From contig NIVC01000092.1 of the NCBI GenBank assembly GCA_002269645.1, forward strand, positions 248,001 to 312,000: a DNA stretch of 64,000 nucleotides, given 5' to 3'. The stretch is from Macrostomum lignano (taxonomy: Eukaryota). Below are positions 12,695 to 24,669 of the stretch, piece by piece (position 1 is the first letter of the stretch; every line of letters begins with the position of its first letter). Both the position numbers and the translations under genes were made by a program. The notes under the pieces are model-generated. The model searched no databases and was not told the origin of the DNA. It saw only the letters and a program-made list of their open reading frames with translations.

Positions 12695-12870
12695 GGGGCT
12701 GCAGCCTAGTGGTTAGAGCATCGGACTCACGACCGGAAGGTCGGGGGTTCGATTCCCGATCCCACTCGGAACAATTTGTGTCCTTGAGCAAGACACTTAA
12801 CTCTGTATTGCTTCGGTTAACCCAGTTGTAAAATGGGTTACCAGCATTAGCTGGGGTAACTGAGGGTGGC
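12695..12870 (+). mobile_element. tRNA-derived SINE with CORE-like central domain
   Basis: A-box-like GCAGCCTAGTGGTTAGAGC, B-box GGTTCGATTCCC, then TGTGTCCTTGAGCAAGACACTTAAC...TGTAAAATGGG resembling the MIR/CORE consensus. No 3' acceptor stem, so not a tRNA gene. Confidence 0.75.
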
Positions 12871-13195
12871 GACCCCCAGTCCTTGGACTGAACAGCCGTA
12901 CGCAGCCTTCAGATGCGCCGCGCAATAGCTGCGGCTGAGCTGTCGGTTGCACATCTGCCCATTGGGGCAGGTGTAATCAGTTATTATATTATGATTATTT
13001 TATTATTATTACTCTTAATATTAAATTGGAAAGTGTGTAGCAGTATACAGATTTTGTTCACAAGACGGTTAATTTGCTTTGTCCTCGTACAGAGCCGTAA
13101 ATATCACACTTCTCTGATGGCACTGTTTCACGTAAAAACTCTTGAAAAACAGACATTGCTTCATACTGCTTCCATAGTTGCTTCATTATGAGGCA

Positions 13196-13226
13196 GACAC
13201 AAACAGACAGACAGACAGACAGACAC

Positions 13227-13301
<75 letters not shown>

Positions 13302-13326
13302 CACAGACAGACAGACAGACAGACAC

Positions 13327-13369
<43 letters not shown>

Positions 13370-13370
13370 C

Positions 13371-13433
<63 letters not shown>
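13196..13433. repeat. (GACA)n microsatellite
   Basis: Visible directly. Confidence 0.95.
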
Positions 13434-13435
<2 letters not shown>

Positions 13436-13476
13436 ATCCTCATCAGAGCTACAGAATCCTCATCAGTCTCCCTTCA

Positions 13477-16400
13477 TCAGCCAAGCACCGCTCGCGCCCT
13501 CGCCGCCCTCGCTACCGCCGTCACGCCCAGGTCACTGTCCTCGTCCTCGCCATCGTCCTCCTCGCTGGTGTCACCGCCGCAGCCGCCGCGGCAGTCCGCT
13601 GCTCGAGCCCGCAGCCGGGTGAGCACCAGCGACACCGCCTCGCCGTTCCTGTCGTCAATGAGGCGCAGCACCCGAGCCGGCAGGGTCAGGCGGGTCACCT
13701 GGCGACGAGCCGTCTCGAACTGGTGCACAATGTAGGCCAGGAGCATGTGCTGGCGGAACTCCACCGAGTCCTGCAGCAGAGCAATCTGCTGGGTGAGCAT
13801 CGCCACGCCGAAGTTCAGAGTGAACACCGCCACGCACAGGTAGACAATGGCCTGCGGCCACAGCACTAGGTAGTCGGCGAGGCCGCGGAACTCCGTCAAG
13901 CCGAAGGTGTATCGAAATGTGCGAATCACGAAGTCCGGGACGCAGGCCCAGCGGCTGCAGTCGGTCTGACAAATTTGCGGGTTGCGATTTCATGGCGATT
14001 GGATGGTGACTGGATGGTGACTGGATGGTGACTGGATGGTGACTGGATGGTGACTGGATGGTGACTGGATGGTGACTGGATGGTGATTGGTGATTGGATG
14101 GTGATTGGATATGATTGGATGGTGATTGGATGGTGATTGGATGGTGACTGGATGGTGATTGGATGGTGATTGGATGGTGATTGGGTGGTGATTGGTGATT
14201 GGATGGTGATTGGATATGATTGGATGGTGATTGGATGGTGATTGGTGATTGGATGGTGATTGGATGGTGATTGGATGGTGATTGGATGGTGATTGGATGG
14301 TGATTGGATGGTGACTGGATGGTGACTGGATGGTGATTGGATGGTGATTGGATGGTGATTGGATGGTGATTGGATGGTGATTGGATGGTGATTGGGTGGT
14401 GATTGGTGATTGGATGGTGACTGGATGGTGATTGGATGGTGATTGGATGGTGATTGGGTGGTGATTGGATGGTGATTGGGTGGTGATTGGTGATTGGATG
14501 GTGATTGGATGGTGATTGGGTGGTAATTGGATGGTGATTGGATGGTGATTGGATGGTGATTGGATGGTAATTTGATTGTGATTGGATGGTGATTGGATGG
14601 CTATTATATGGTGATTGGATGGTGATTGGGTGGTAATTGGATGGTGATTGGATGGTGATTGGGTGGTGATTGGATGGTGATTGGATGGTAATTGGATTGT
14701 GATTGGATGGTGATTGGATGGCTATTATATGGTGATTGGATGGTGATTGGGTGGTAATTGGATGGTGATTGGATGGTGATTGGGTGGTGATTGGATGGTG
14801 ATTGGATGGTGATTGGATGGCTATTATATGGTGATTGGATGGTGATTGGGTGGTAATTGGATGGTGATTGGATGGTGATTGGATGGTGATTGGATGGTGA
14901 TTGGTGATTGATTGTGAGTCACAGTTAGAGTTAACTAATAGCTTTAAAAATAGTAAAGAATGACTCAGCTTGAGTCCATATAGTCCGACAACATAAAAAA
15001 TCTACTCACATATCCTCATTGCCCCAACAAGCGCACTACTCACTGGAATGAACGGCTGGCTGAGCAGCAGAGTGCAGCCCACCATAAATATTGGCGCGCA
15101 GATCAGGTACACCATCTTCGAGGACACGTTCAGACTGTACAGCACGTAGAAAAATATCCTGTGATGCAGGGACATGTCGCACATCATCACCAGCAGCATC
15201 ACCAGCAGGTATGTGCAGGTGGTTACTATGCCAACCTGTAGCCGACTTTTATTGACGTAAAACACCTGCGGATCGTCTGTAGCTGAGTAGCTGCCGGCCA
15301 GGTCGATGAAGAACAGCTGCTCGAGCAGCAGGGCGACCAGCTGCATGAGCACAAAGCTCAGCATTACACCGTCGAACACGTCTCTGCGCATTGTGACGGA
15401 GCTGCTGAGCCAGCGAGCGCCCAGCCAGTCTCTTCTGGCTGACCTGCGAGGATTTTCAACTGCACGGTATGAGAGCAGCTACTGACAGTAGAAATGCAAG
15501 CATTTTGCTCGGATTGCTTAATGTAAGACACGGGAGTGCCCAATCAAAGACACGGGAGTGCCCAATCAAAGACACGGGAGTGCCCAACCCAAGAGACGGC
15601 AGTGCCCAATATAAGAGACAGGAGTGCCCAATACTAGACACTACAGTGCCCAGTCAAAGACACGGGGAGTGCCCAATCTAAGACATGGGAGTGCCCAATC
15701 CAAGACACGGGAGTGCCCAATCAAAGACACGGGAGTGCCCAATATAAGACACGGGAGTGCTAAACCCAAGAGACGGCAGTGCCCAATATAAGAGACAGGA
15801 GTGCCCAATCCAAGGCACAGGGAGTGCCCAATCCAAGACACAGGGAGTGCCCAATCCAAGACACAGGGAGTGCCCAATCCAAGACACTGGAGTGCTCAAT
15901 CCAAGACACTGGAGTGCTCAATACAAGACACGGGAGTGCCGAGTCAAAGACACGGGAGTGCCCAATCAAAGACACGGGAGTGCCCAACCCAAGAGACGGC
16001 AGTGCCCAATATAAGAGACAGGAGTGCCCAATACTAGACACTACAGTGCCCAGTCAAAGACACGGGGAGTGCCCAATCTAAGACATGGGAGTGCCCAATC
16101 CAAGACACGGGAGTGCCCAATCCAAGACACGGGAGTACCCAATACAAGACACTACAGTGCCCAATCAAAGACACGGGAGTGCCCAATATAAGACACGGGA
16201 GTGCTAAACCCAAGAGACGGCAGTGCCCAATATAAGAGACAGGAGTGCCCAATCCAAGGCACAGGGAGTGCCCAATCCAAGACACAGGGAGTGCCCAATC
16301 CAAGACACAGGGAGTGCCCAATCCAAGACACAGGGAGTGCCCAATCCAAGACACAGGGAGTGCCCAATCCAAGACACTGGAGTGCTCAATCCAAGACACT

Positions 16401-18578
16401 GGAGTGCTCAATCCAAGACACTAACCTGTGCAAGCTGTAGTGGTTGATCATCTTCATCCCGATCCAGGCTCCCCAGCAGCCGAAGATGCCAATCTGCAGC
16501 ACGAGTCGTACATAAAACACGTACCGGAATGCGCTCAGGGTCTCCGGCGACACGAGTCGCAGGTAGGAAATCACTGAGCTGTCGTTGCCGCCATCAGAAG
16601 AAAAGTCGGACTCGAGCCCGGGCACTCGAACTTCCACGCTAGCATTGAAAGTGTCGCGAGTGAAAATTCGCACTGTGAGGGTGGTGAGCAGGCTGAAGTA
16701 CATGAACAGGTACGAGAACGCCGAACTGAATGTGACGCTTTTCTGGCCAATCAGCGGGCGAAGGCTGGCGAAGTAGGCTCGGGCGACGCGGCTCCTGTAG
16801 AAGCGCAGGTGGCCCGGCGACAGAGCCTCGCCGAGGCGCGGCTGGGCAGCGTTCACCAGGCGAAGGAACGGCGACTTCAGGAAACGGGGACCACCGGCGC
16901 ATGCGTACGGCGTCAGGTGGATCTCCTCCGTGCTCAGGCGGGAGTCGGTGGGGTGCGGGCTGACCCGAATGAGGTGGCCTGTGAAACCGTGATGCGGGAT
17001 TTGGTATCTGGGATCATGATGTGGGATCTGGGATCGTGATGTGGGATCTGGGATCAGGATGTTGGATCTGGGATCAGGAGGATGGATTTGGGATTTGGGA
17101 TCACGATGCTGGATTAGGGATCTGGAATCTGGTATCAGGATGGGCGATTTGGGATTTGAGATCAGGGATCTGAAGTCAGGATGCGACATGTGGGATTAGT
17201 GATCTGGGATCTGGAAGAGAGGATCTGGGATTATTTTATGGATATGAGATCTCAGGATTCGGAATGGGATCATCCTCATCAATAAGTGAGTTTAGGAGTT
17301 TAAGATGTAAACGGGTTGGGATTAGAATGTGGGATCAGGACATGGAAGACTGGCTGAAGTGTACATAGTGAGATCCTGCCTCAGCAAGATGAGCACCAGT
17401 TCTGAGCACCAGTCTACTGACTGACTGACCCGGCGCGTTGGCAAAGGCGTCCACCAGGTAGAAGAGGTCCCAGGTGGCCGCGAACTCGACTGGCCGCATC
17501 GCCTCGACGGTGGCCTCCTCCAGCAGCAGGCGGGCGCAGAAGTCGGCGTGCCGACGCGTCAGGCCGCAGAAGAGTCGCGCCAGTCGAAGCTGGCGGCCGG
17601 GAAGTTCCGGGCAGCAGCAGAGGTCGGCCAGGCCGAACAAGGCGCACCGGACGCCCGGCCACAGGCTGTTGTCTGGCCGAGACTCCACCAGCTGGACAGT
17701 CCGGTCTATCAGCGTCTGATCGCCGGTCAGCAGCACCTGCGGGCAGGAGTTTGCGGATGCTGGATGGCTGTAGTTCTGCCGTACTTGCAGCTGCATCAGG
17801 TTGAATTGTCTCAGCGTTGGATATGAGGTCTGTGAAGGCCCGCCGGACCTCCCTGACTGGCCCCGCGACTTCGTTTCTAGTGGGGTTTCTACTTTCTCCC
17901 ACCCATCTCTGTCTCTCCTACCCCCCCCCGTGTCTCTTCTACCCTCCCTGTGTCTCTTCTACCCTCCCAGTGTCTCTTCTACCCTCCCTGTGTCTCTCTC
18001 ACCCTCCCTGTGTCTCTTCTACCCTCCCCTGTGTCTCTTCTACCCTCCTTGTGTTTCTCCGTGTCCCTACCACCCTCTCTGTGAGATTAAGCATTGCAGC
18101 AAAGAAGTCAAATTCAAGCATCTTTTGCAAATTCAAAGCCCGTCTTCTAAAAAATAACCAGTGACGATTTCGTATGGAATTTAACTCAGACACTGACTAA
18201 TTAACCTGCACAAAGACGCTCAGCTCGAGCTCTGATCGCTCGTCGACTTCGCATCGGCGACTCCCGGCTGTAGCGGCATCTGTAGCGGCCGTCGCGACCG
18301 ACTCCGTGTCCGAGTAGTAGCAGAGCGTCCGGACTGCGCTCCAGCTCGGCTGAGAACTGCTCAAACTGGCCGGAGTACAACAGCTGCAGCGCCTCATCAA
18401 CTGTTTTTGCTTGCTCGGCGGCGTCGCTGGCTGCGGAGACCTTCGGCTTCACGGGCGACGCCTCGATATCGAGCACCGTCAGCTGTTCGTCGAGCGACTT
18501 CTCTTGGTTCTCCATTTCAGTCGCCAGCATATTAGCGGCCGGTTTCGGTTTGACTTTGTGGCAGAAGTTTTTATACAT
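13477..18578 (-). CDS. Divergent TRP-like (TRPV-type S5-pore-S6) cation channel; exons ~18578-18206, ~17840-17430, 16978-16426, 15443-15044, 13965-13477
   Basis: Several hydrophobic helices, a pore-like segment VIRTFRYTFGLTEF and an S6-like IVYLCVAVFTLNFGVAM (compare TRPV ILLLNMLIAMM). The last three junctions match in phase (1, 2, 0). The exon 1/exon 2 junction is ambiguous. Confidence 0.65.
14000..14915. repeat. 11-bp minisatellite (GGATGGTGATT)
   Basis: Fills the last intron of the TRP-like gene. Confidence 0.95.
15526..16421. repeat. ~22-bp minisatellite (GAGTGCCCAATCCAAGACACGG) with larger duplicated blocks
   Basis: Intronic; starts a few nt from the donor at 16425. Confidence 0.95.
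17000..17340. repeat. Degenerate GGGATCT short repeat
   Basis: Intronic, visible directly. Confidence 0.7.
17905..18080. repeat. ~20-bp repeat (CTACCCTCCCTGTGTCTCTT)
   Basis: Intronic tandem copies. Confidence 0.8.
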
Positions 18579-18946
18579 TGCCAATCTAGCTGCTGCTGCT
18601 GCTGCTGCTGCTGTTATTCTGTGCAAATCTGGCCAGGTCATAGCCGCGAATAGCAGCTGCTTCAGATATTTATGCAACCCCGACTGGCAAGCTATTGTTA
18701 GCCAATTAATTAAATATTGTTGTGATTGATCTAATCAGCTTAATTATAGTAAATGCATTTACATGTAGTTGCTAAAAGGATTGATTCTTTTTTTGCCTAA
18801 TATGGAAGCTCTCTGGCACCCAGTCAGGACACGATCCTTCATCAAGAATTTGATTGCTGTTTATTGAATCGAGGAGCCATACATGCAATCTCATTAATCC
18901 ATGAGTCTATACATGTAAATCAATGTGAGCGGCTGACGTGATACGT

Positions 18947-19175
18947 GGGGGTTGTAGCCTTAGTGGTCTAGCGCGGTTGCTCTGTTGTCCCAGCGGCCCA
19001 GGCTTCCAAGTCAGCAAGTTGAGTGTGTGCCTGTGCGTGTGACTGCGTACGTATCCTTACCTGCTCCAGATCCGGGGAAGATCGGCGGCATCGGTTATGT
19101 CGGTTGTGTGTGACTGCAATGTCGCTTAAGTGCGCCCAAGGGTGCACACAGCCCTGCCTAGCCTAGACTAGTCGA
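18947..19175 (+). mobile_element. Possible degenerate tRNA-derived SINE
   Basis: GGGGGTTGTAGCCTTAGTGGTCTAGCGCGG looks like a tRNA 5' half with an A box; no clear B box. Confidence 0.3.
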
Positions 19176-20769
19176 CGTAATGCATGTAATTTAATATTAA
19201 AATAATTAACAACTCATACTGAAATGGCATCCCATTGATGGCTAATTCAGCGATTAATTATTAAAATTGTAATAAAATTTGCCTAATAGAACCAGGTAGC
19301 ACATATAGAACCACATTTTCCGAGGATTCTGTAGCACCGTCTTTTCATGTTTTTGCAGACTAAGAATTGTAATCAATCATTACAATCAACAATAAAGTTC
19401 ATGCATATTTTGTAAGGAAGTGACTATTCGTACGGTACCGTATGAATAATTTGGCCACTATTCGTACGGCAATTTCGCGCTAATTTAAAATTCAAGTTAG
19501 CGTGTAGAGCTCGTCGATGGGGTCTTTCATTTAGGCTCAAAAACAGGCGTAGCAATCTTATTTTAGTATTAACTATAGTGTATAATTCTTTTAATAATTG
19601 TAAAATTTCGACTTTAGGATTTCAAGCTTGTCTGGTAAAATTTTTTTATTTATCATTTAAACTTAAGCTCGCCAGCAAAGAACTATCGAATTAAATATAT
19701 TTTATAATTAATGTCAATGAGATAAAATCTAGAGTAGACAATGCATTTTCTTGCACTTATTGCATTTTCTTGCATAATTTGCTAACTAGAAGTAGGCCCT
19801 AGTCAATTTGACTAGGATTATACATTATACCAAATTAAAAAATAGAGTATACTACTAATTAGTGTTAGTGTACAACCTAGTTACTATACTATCCTTACCT
19901 AGTGAATATTTTAAAGTAATTTGCTTTGTCAAGTAGGGGCCTAGCTATAGCTATTTATTAGAACTTTTATACAACTTGTGAGCATTATGCAGCATACAGG
20001 CCTATAATATCTAATTTAAACGTGGAACTTTAATATTAAATCAGGCCCTATATTACATAGGTCTAGTAAATCAGTATTGACTAACTAATTAATACTAGAA
20101 TTTTTTACATTTGATCCTTTGTATTTAAGTATAGATTTGCCTTATTATATTATAACAAGTAGCCCTAATAATTCTAGTATACTCTAAAGAAATTTCTTTC
20201 TTTAGAGAGAAATAAGAAATTAAAGAAATTTCACTTATATCTTTTTTAAGCTAAGTATTATTATATTAGATATCATTCTACCAGTCAGCATTCAATAAGC
20301 TTTATTATTGACTGTCTTCTTTAACTATTTCTTACCATGTCTAAAATTGGTATAACAATTTTTATTACATTAGTTATATTGTATATTTTGTAATAATTGT
20401 TGCAATGTAAGATTTTTGTGGGATATTAAGCTTTTAGTAAAACAAAATCAGTCAAGAATTGCAATCTATAGAGCATTATAGACAAGCATTCAATGAATCA
20501 AGCATACAAACCTTAGAGATTTAATATATTTAGATAGATTTGTCTTTTTGTTACAAATTAATTCATTACTTAAACTTTACTAATTGATTTTCTATCAAAT
20601 ATTTTTATATTAACCTAGTATTATAAACTCAGATGCTAGTTTATTATTCTTAGGCCTATTTTTTAACCATATTTATAGTATACTTTGGGTGTGTTATAAG
20701 TAATGTCACTGATATAAAAACAGATAAACTTGCAATTGCAGATGAACAAAACTGTACTACTTAACAACA

Positions 20770-21400
20770 TAGAGTCCCCTAATATTAATCACCCTCTGGC
20801 AATGCTCATACAGCTTGTCCACCTCAGCCTGCAGGTGTTTTTTGTCCAACTGCCATAACTAGTGCAATGTGGCCTGTTTGACCTCTTTATGGCTTGTGAA
20901 ACTCTTCTGGGAAAATTTAGCCTTTAGCCATTTGAATAGAAATCTGTTGCACAAGTTGAAGTCTGGGCTATAGGGACTCTATCAGAGCAGATTCACTTGT
21001 TGTGCATGCAGAAAATTTAAAAAAGGCTTATAGGTATATAGCCTTGTAGTCTATTTGCCATAGAACCTTGTCCAAGTGATATGGATTTGACCAGAGAGTG
21101 CCAGAGGTCCCCAGTGTGCCAGGCAAAAACCAATAAAAACTGAATATCAAACCTGACATTTGACCCTTAATGAGACTCCTTTGTTTGGTGTAAAGACCAG
21201 CAGTCACGGTCGGCAGCAGTCCCCAGCTCCTAGCTAGCAATGATTGTCTGCCTGCCTTGCTACCCTTGCCATCTAGGTGGAGCCAGCTTTCATCTTGACC
21301 TTAGCAACCAGGCAGTTTAGGATATCATTCAAGCCCCAGCTGCTGAACACCTTGCAGATCTGCTTGGTACAGGCATTTTGCTGAGATTCATAGTGATTTT
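20770..21400 (-). pseudogene. Decayed Tc1/mariner transposase fragment
   Basis: Minus-strand translation SPYSPDFNLCNRFLFKWLKAKFSQKSFTSHKEVKQA..L..HCQRVINIRG matches the mariner C-terminal HPPYSPDLAPCDF.LF..LK motif; several stop codons. Confidence 0.75.
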
Positions 21401-22028
21401 TGTTTGCTAAATGAGTTTCCATCGCGTTGCACTTGCTAAATCTGCTTGGCATATTCTTGCGATAGCTTGGGCCATAAAAAAGCTATGCTCAAGTCTCAAA
21501 TGCACTGGTATTGTTTCACTAAGTATACTTTGCAGCTACACTACCCACAAGTCCATGTGCCTACATATTTTAGACAGAGGCCTGCAGTGACAATACTTAT
21601 GACAAACCTAAAGTATAATATGATAAAAGTTATAATTATTTTTTCATTTATATATATTTGGCTTATTCAAATAGGCAACATCTAAATGTCATCTTTTGCC
21701 CTTCTTCTCTCTTCTAATTGTTCTTCCAATCTTCCTCATATCTTCTTTTATTTCCTTTCCTTTTCTCTTCTCTCCCTTTGTTTCTATCCCTTTTCCATTT
21801 TTAAATCTCTTATAATGTTTTAAATTAAGTACTAAAATAATCTGAGAGGATTGGCATCCTTATTAAGTTCAATCCTAATAAGATTAGGCATCAAAAGCCT
21901 CCTAAATTGTTTATAGTTTAGCCTTCCTAATTTGGGAAAACTGGATAAATTTCTTTTTCACTTCATTTATCCTAACTGCAATATTGCATATAGCATCAAA
22001 AATATCCTATTATTGATTGAGTCTTTAA

Positions 22029-22327
22029 CCCTATTGCAGCGCATGGCTTAAGTACGCCAGACGCCTACACAACCTGCGCCACGCTGTGAAATGACTTACC
22101 TGTGAAAGAAACCCTAAAGCAAAATTAATGCAGTTTTGGGTAAACGGCAGGAGTAACTATGACTGTCTTATCAAGCCTAAATGCCTCGGCATCTAATTAG
22201 TACTACACCCATATTCTATGGGGTGGCATTTTTGCGACTTACCCCTGGTCCACCACCAATGCTGCGCCGCGCAGGCTGATCCGCGCCGGACGCCGTCCGC
22301 CAAAATGCCCATGCGCTGCAATCAGGG
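22029..22327. mobile_element. 299-bp MITE with ~18-bp TIRs (CCCTATTGCAGCGCATGG) carrying a 28S rRNA-like segment
   Basis: Left end CCCTATTGCAGCGCATGG, right end CCATGCGCTGCAATCAGGG; flanked by the direct repeat TCTTTAA (extendable to GTCTTTAAC). Confidence 0.75.
22138..22201 (+). other. 64-bp relic of 28S/LSU rRNA (helix 69-71 region); not an rRNA gene
   Basis: GGGTAAACGGCAGGAGTAACTATGACTGTCTTATCAAGCCTAAATGCCTCGGCATCTAATTAGT versus the recalled eukaryotic 28S GGGTAAACGGCGGGAGTAACTATGACTCTCTTAAGGTAGCCAAATGCCTCGTCATCTAATTAGT; 54/64 ungapped by hand count. Confidence 0.85.
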
Positions 22328-22717
22328 TCTTTAACTCTTCAACCCTTGTGACTTTATAGCTCTCCTCACATTGAAATTAAAGTATTCATCTTTATATTAG
22401 TCCCTATTATCTTGTCAAAGCTCACCCAAAGGCTCATGATATATATTAGATGTCAATGTCAAGGCATATGGGGATATTGTTGAGATATCAATAAAATTGT
22501 TCAAAAAGCCAATTGCTATTATGCCAATGCAAATTTTATTCACAAATAATTTTTGTCTTTTGCTTTTTGAGTGCTCCAAATGGGGCACTTTATTGCTAGT
22601 CTGTATCTGTATGCTTATTCAAAACCTCTATATGTAACTTCCTATAGTGGAACTCTGTAAAAAGTATAAGTATCAAGAAAAAAACCAACACAATTTTTCT
22701 CTTTCAGATTCTTCGAC

Positions 22718-22930
22718 ATGTCCAAAGAACTACCTGAGTTTGTGGTTGGCCAATCATTTATATCATATGATGAGTTATGTGCATTTGTTAGTTTATATGA
22801 ACAAAGTCATTGTGTGCAATTATTTAAGCGAGATAGCAGGACTTTAAAAGCTAGCAAGCACCGTGTACCTATGCGAAAATTGAATGAAGCTATTGTGTAT
22901 TATGAAATAGTCTTTTGCTGCATTAGATTC
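22718..22930 (+). pseudogene. N-terminal FAR1/ZSWIM3-N-like domain of a MULE transposase, truncated
   Basis: MSKELPEFVVGQSFISYDELCAFVSLYEQSHCVQLFKRDSRTLKASKHRVPMRKLNEAIVYYEIVFCCI fits the F..G..F.S.EE..Y...KRDSRT..YYE..Y.C pattern. No DDE core is visible downstream. Confidence 0.7.
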
Positions 22931-23083
22931 GGGATTTTTATGGTACTTGTTCTCATAGTGCCTACACTGTTTTTATTCTTAAATAGTTTTTAATAGAAAA
23001 ATCGAGCTAGATTATGTTTTCATAAGCGTAAGACTGTTCTCAGTCTGTATCAATTTGTCAACTTGTTTTTGTTTGTTCATAAA

Positions 23084-24524
23084 TAGGGGGCGACCGGGAC
23101 GGCCAAAGTCGGGCCCGGGAATGAGGACTCGGGCCCGGGTCGGGCCTCGGGAATTCGGGACAAGATCTTTAAGACAGCTCAATAATTGGAAAAAAATCAT
23201 AATAAATCTTAATACTTTTAGCATATGCGGATTACTATTAAATATATAATAAATATATTAATATAGTATAATATATAAATATATTAAATATATAATAATA
23301 TATAAATATAATATGTTATATTAAATATATAATAAGTATTATTTTTATTTAATACATTAGTTAAGACTTCAGAATAGATAAGAGTTACATTAAAAGACTT
23401 AATACTCAAATATCAATATACTCAATAGTTCAAATTCAATGTCACTGTGTGGCACAAGTACTGTGTGTGTGCCAGTGACAGTGACACTAACACTTAACAG
23501 GCAGTGAGGTAGGCAAGCAGGCACTGCGGTAGTGCGGCTGGCACTGGCAGTGGCAGTAAGCAAAAAGAAGAAAAGCTGAAGCATTAAGTGTAAGGCACTT
23601 GGCATTGGAAGCAGTAAGGAAGTAAGAACCAAATCAATTGATTGATTCTTTTATTTGAATTTTTAGTTTCTTTACATAGCTTCAATGTAAAGAGCCATGT
23701 ACACAGTCAGTATTCAGTAAGACAACAAGACAAGACAACAGAACAGAACACAAGTGAAGTGACAACACAACACAACACTCAACTGTCTCAACAGAACAGG
23801 CAAACAGACAATGGAAATACAAGTAATTAGCTGATACCTGCCTACCTGCTCACCTACCTACCTAAACGAATATGATTACGAATACGATACTGAGTCTACA
23901 ACTACAACTACCTACGAATACAATACAAATATGAACACGATTACAAACTCTGATAGATAGCAAACTTCTTGGAAAAATGGTAGCCTTGGCCCTTAATAGG
24001 TACTTCTTGGAACGTAAATAGGAAATGTTATTTACAAAAGCTTAAAAATGACAAATCAACTTTTTAAAGAATCATATTTTTGCTTTTAGGCTGCAGCCTG
24101 CAGCGTGTAAAGTGGAATCAATATTGCATCAACTATGTTTTAATTTTATCTTCCTGGAAAAAATCCGATCTTCCTGGAAAGTGGAAACTGGCTGTGGCTG
24201 ACGCTCACGGTCACAGACGCTCACGCTTAGAGCCTACTACGAATCAATGATATTGCTACTTCACATCATATCATCTATTACTATTACTGCAGTCGTGCAG
24301 TGCTTGAGTCTTGAGTGCTGATGCAATGCTTAACTGAGTGTTGTGCTGTGCTGTGAATAAAAATAATTTTATTCTTATTTGCACGCGGTTAGTGCCTTTA
24401 GGGAAAAAATACTTGTCCCGATTTCCCGACTTTTTTAGGGTCGGGCCCGGGCCCGGGTCGGGCCACGATTTTGGTCGGGATTCCCGACTTTTCGGGCCCG
24501 GGCCCGGGACTGGGTCGCCCCCTA
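23084..24524. mobile_element. Non-autonomous hAT element, 1441 bp
   Basis: 12-bp TIRs TAGGGGGCGACC / GGTCGCCCCCTA; perfect 8-bp TSD TTCATAAA (23076-23083 and 24525-24532); GC-rich subterminal GGGCCCGGG repeats. Confidence 0.92.
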
Positions 24525-24669
24525 TTCATAAATAGCCAAAGTTATTGAAACAGACATCTTTTGCAAACATAGTGTCAATTGTTGTCTACTTTTAGATCTT
24601 TTACATCATTTTTATTTACATCTTTTAGCCTTGATTATAACTACTAGCTCATTCATAAAATGCAGTACA

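Noticed and set aside
12695-12770. tRNA gene
   Set aside because: No 3' acceptor-stem complement and no poly-T terminator; the sequence continues into a SINE CORE-like body.
15526-16421. CRISPR-like repeat-spacer array (also considered for other arrays)
   Set aside because: Units are contiguous with no unique spacers, there are no cas genes, and the context is a eukaryotic intron.
22138-22201. Functional rRNA gene or rDNA unit
   Set aside because: Only 64 bp, mutated in helix 69-71, with no flanking rRNA sequence.
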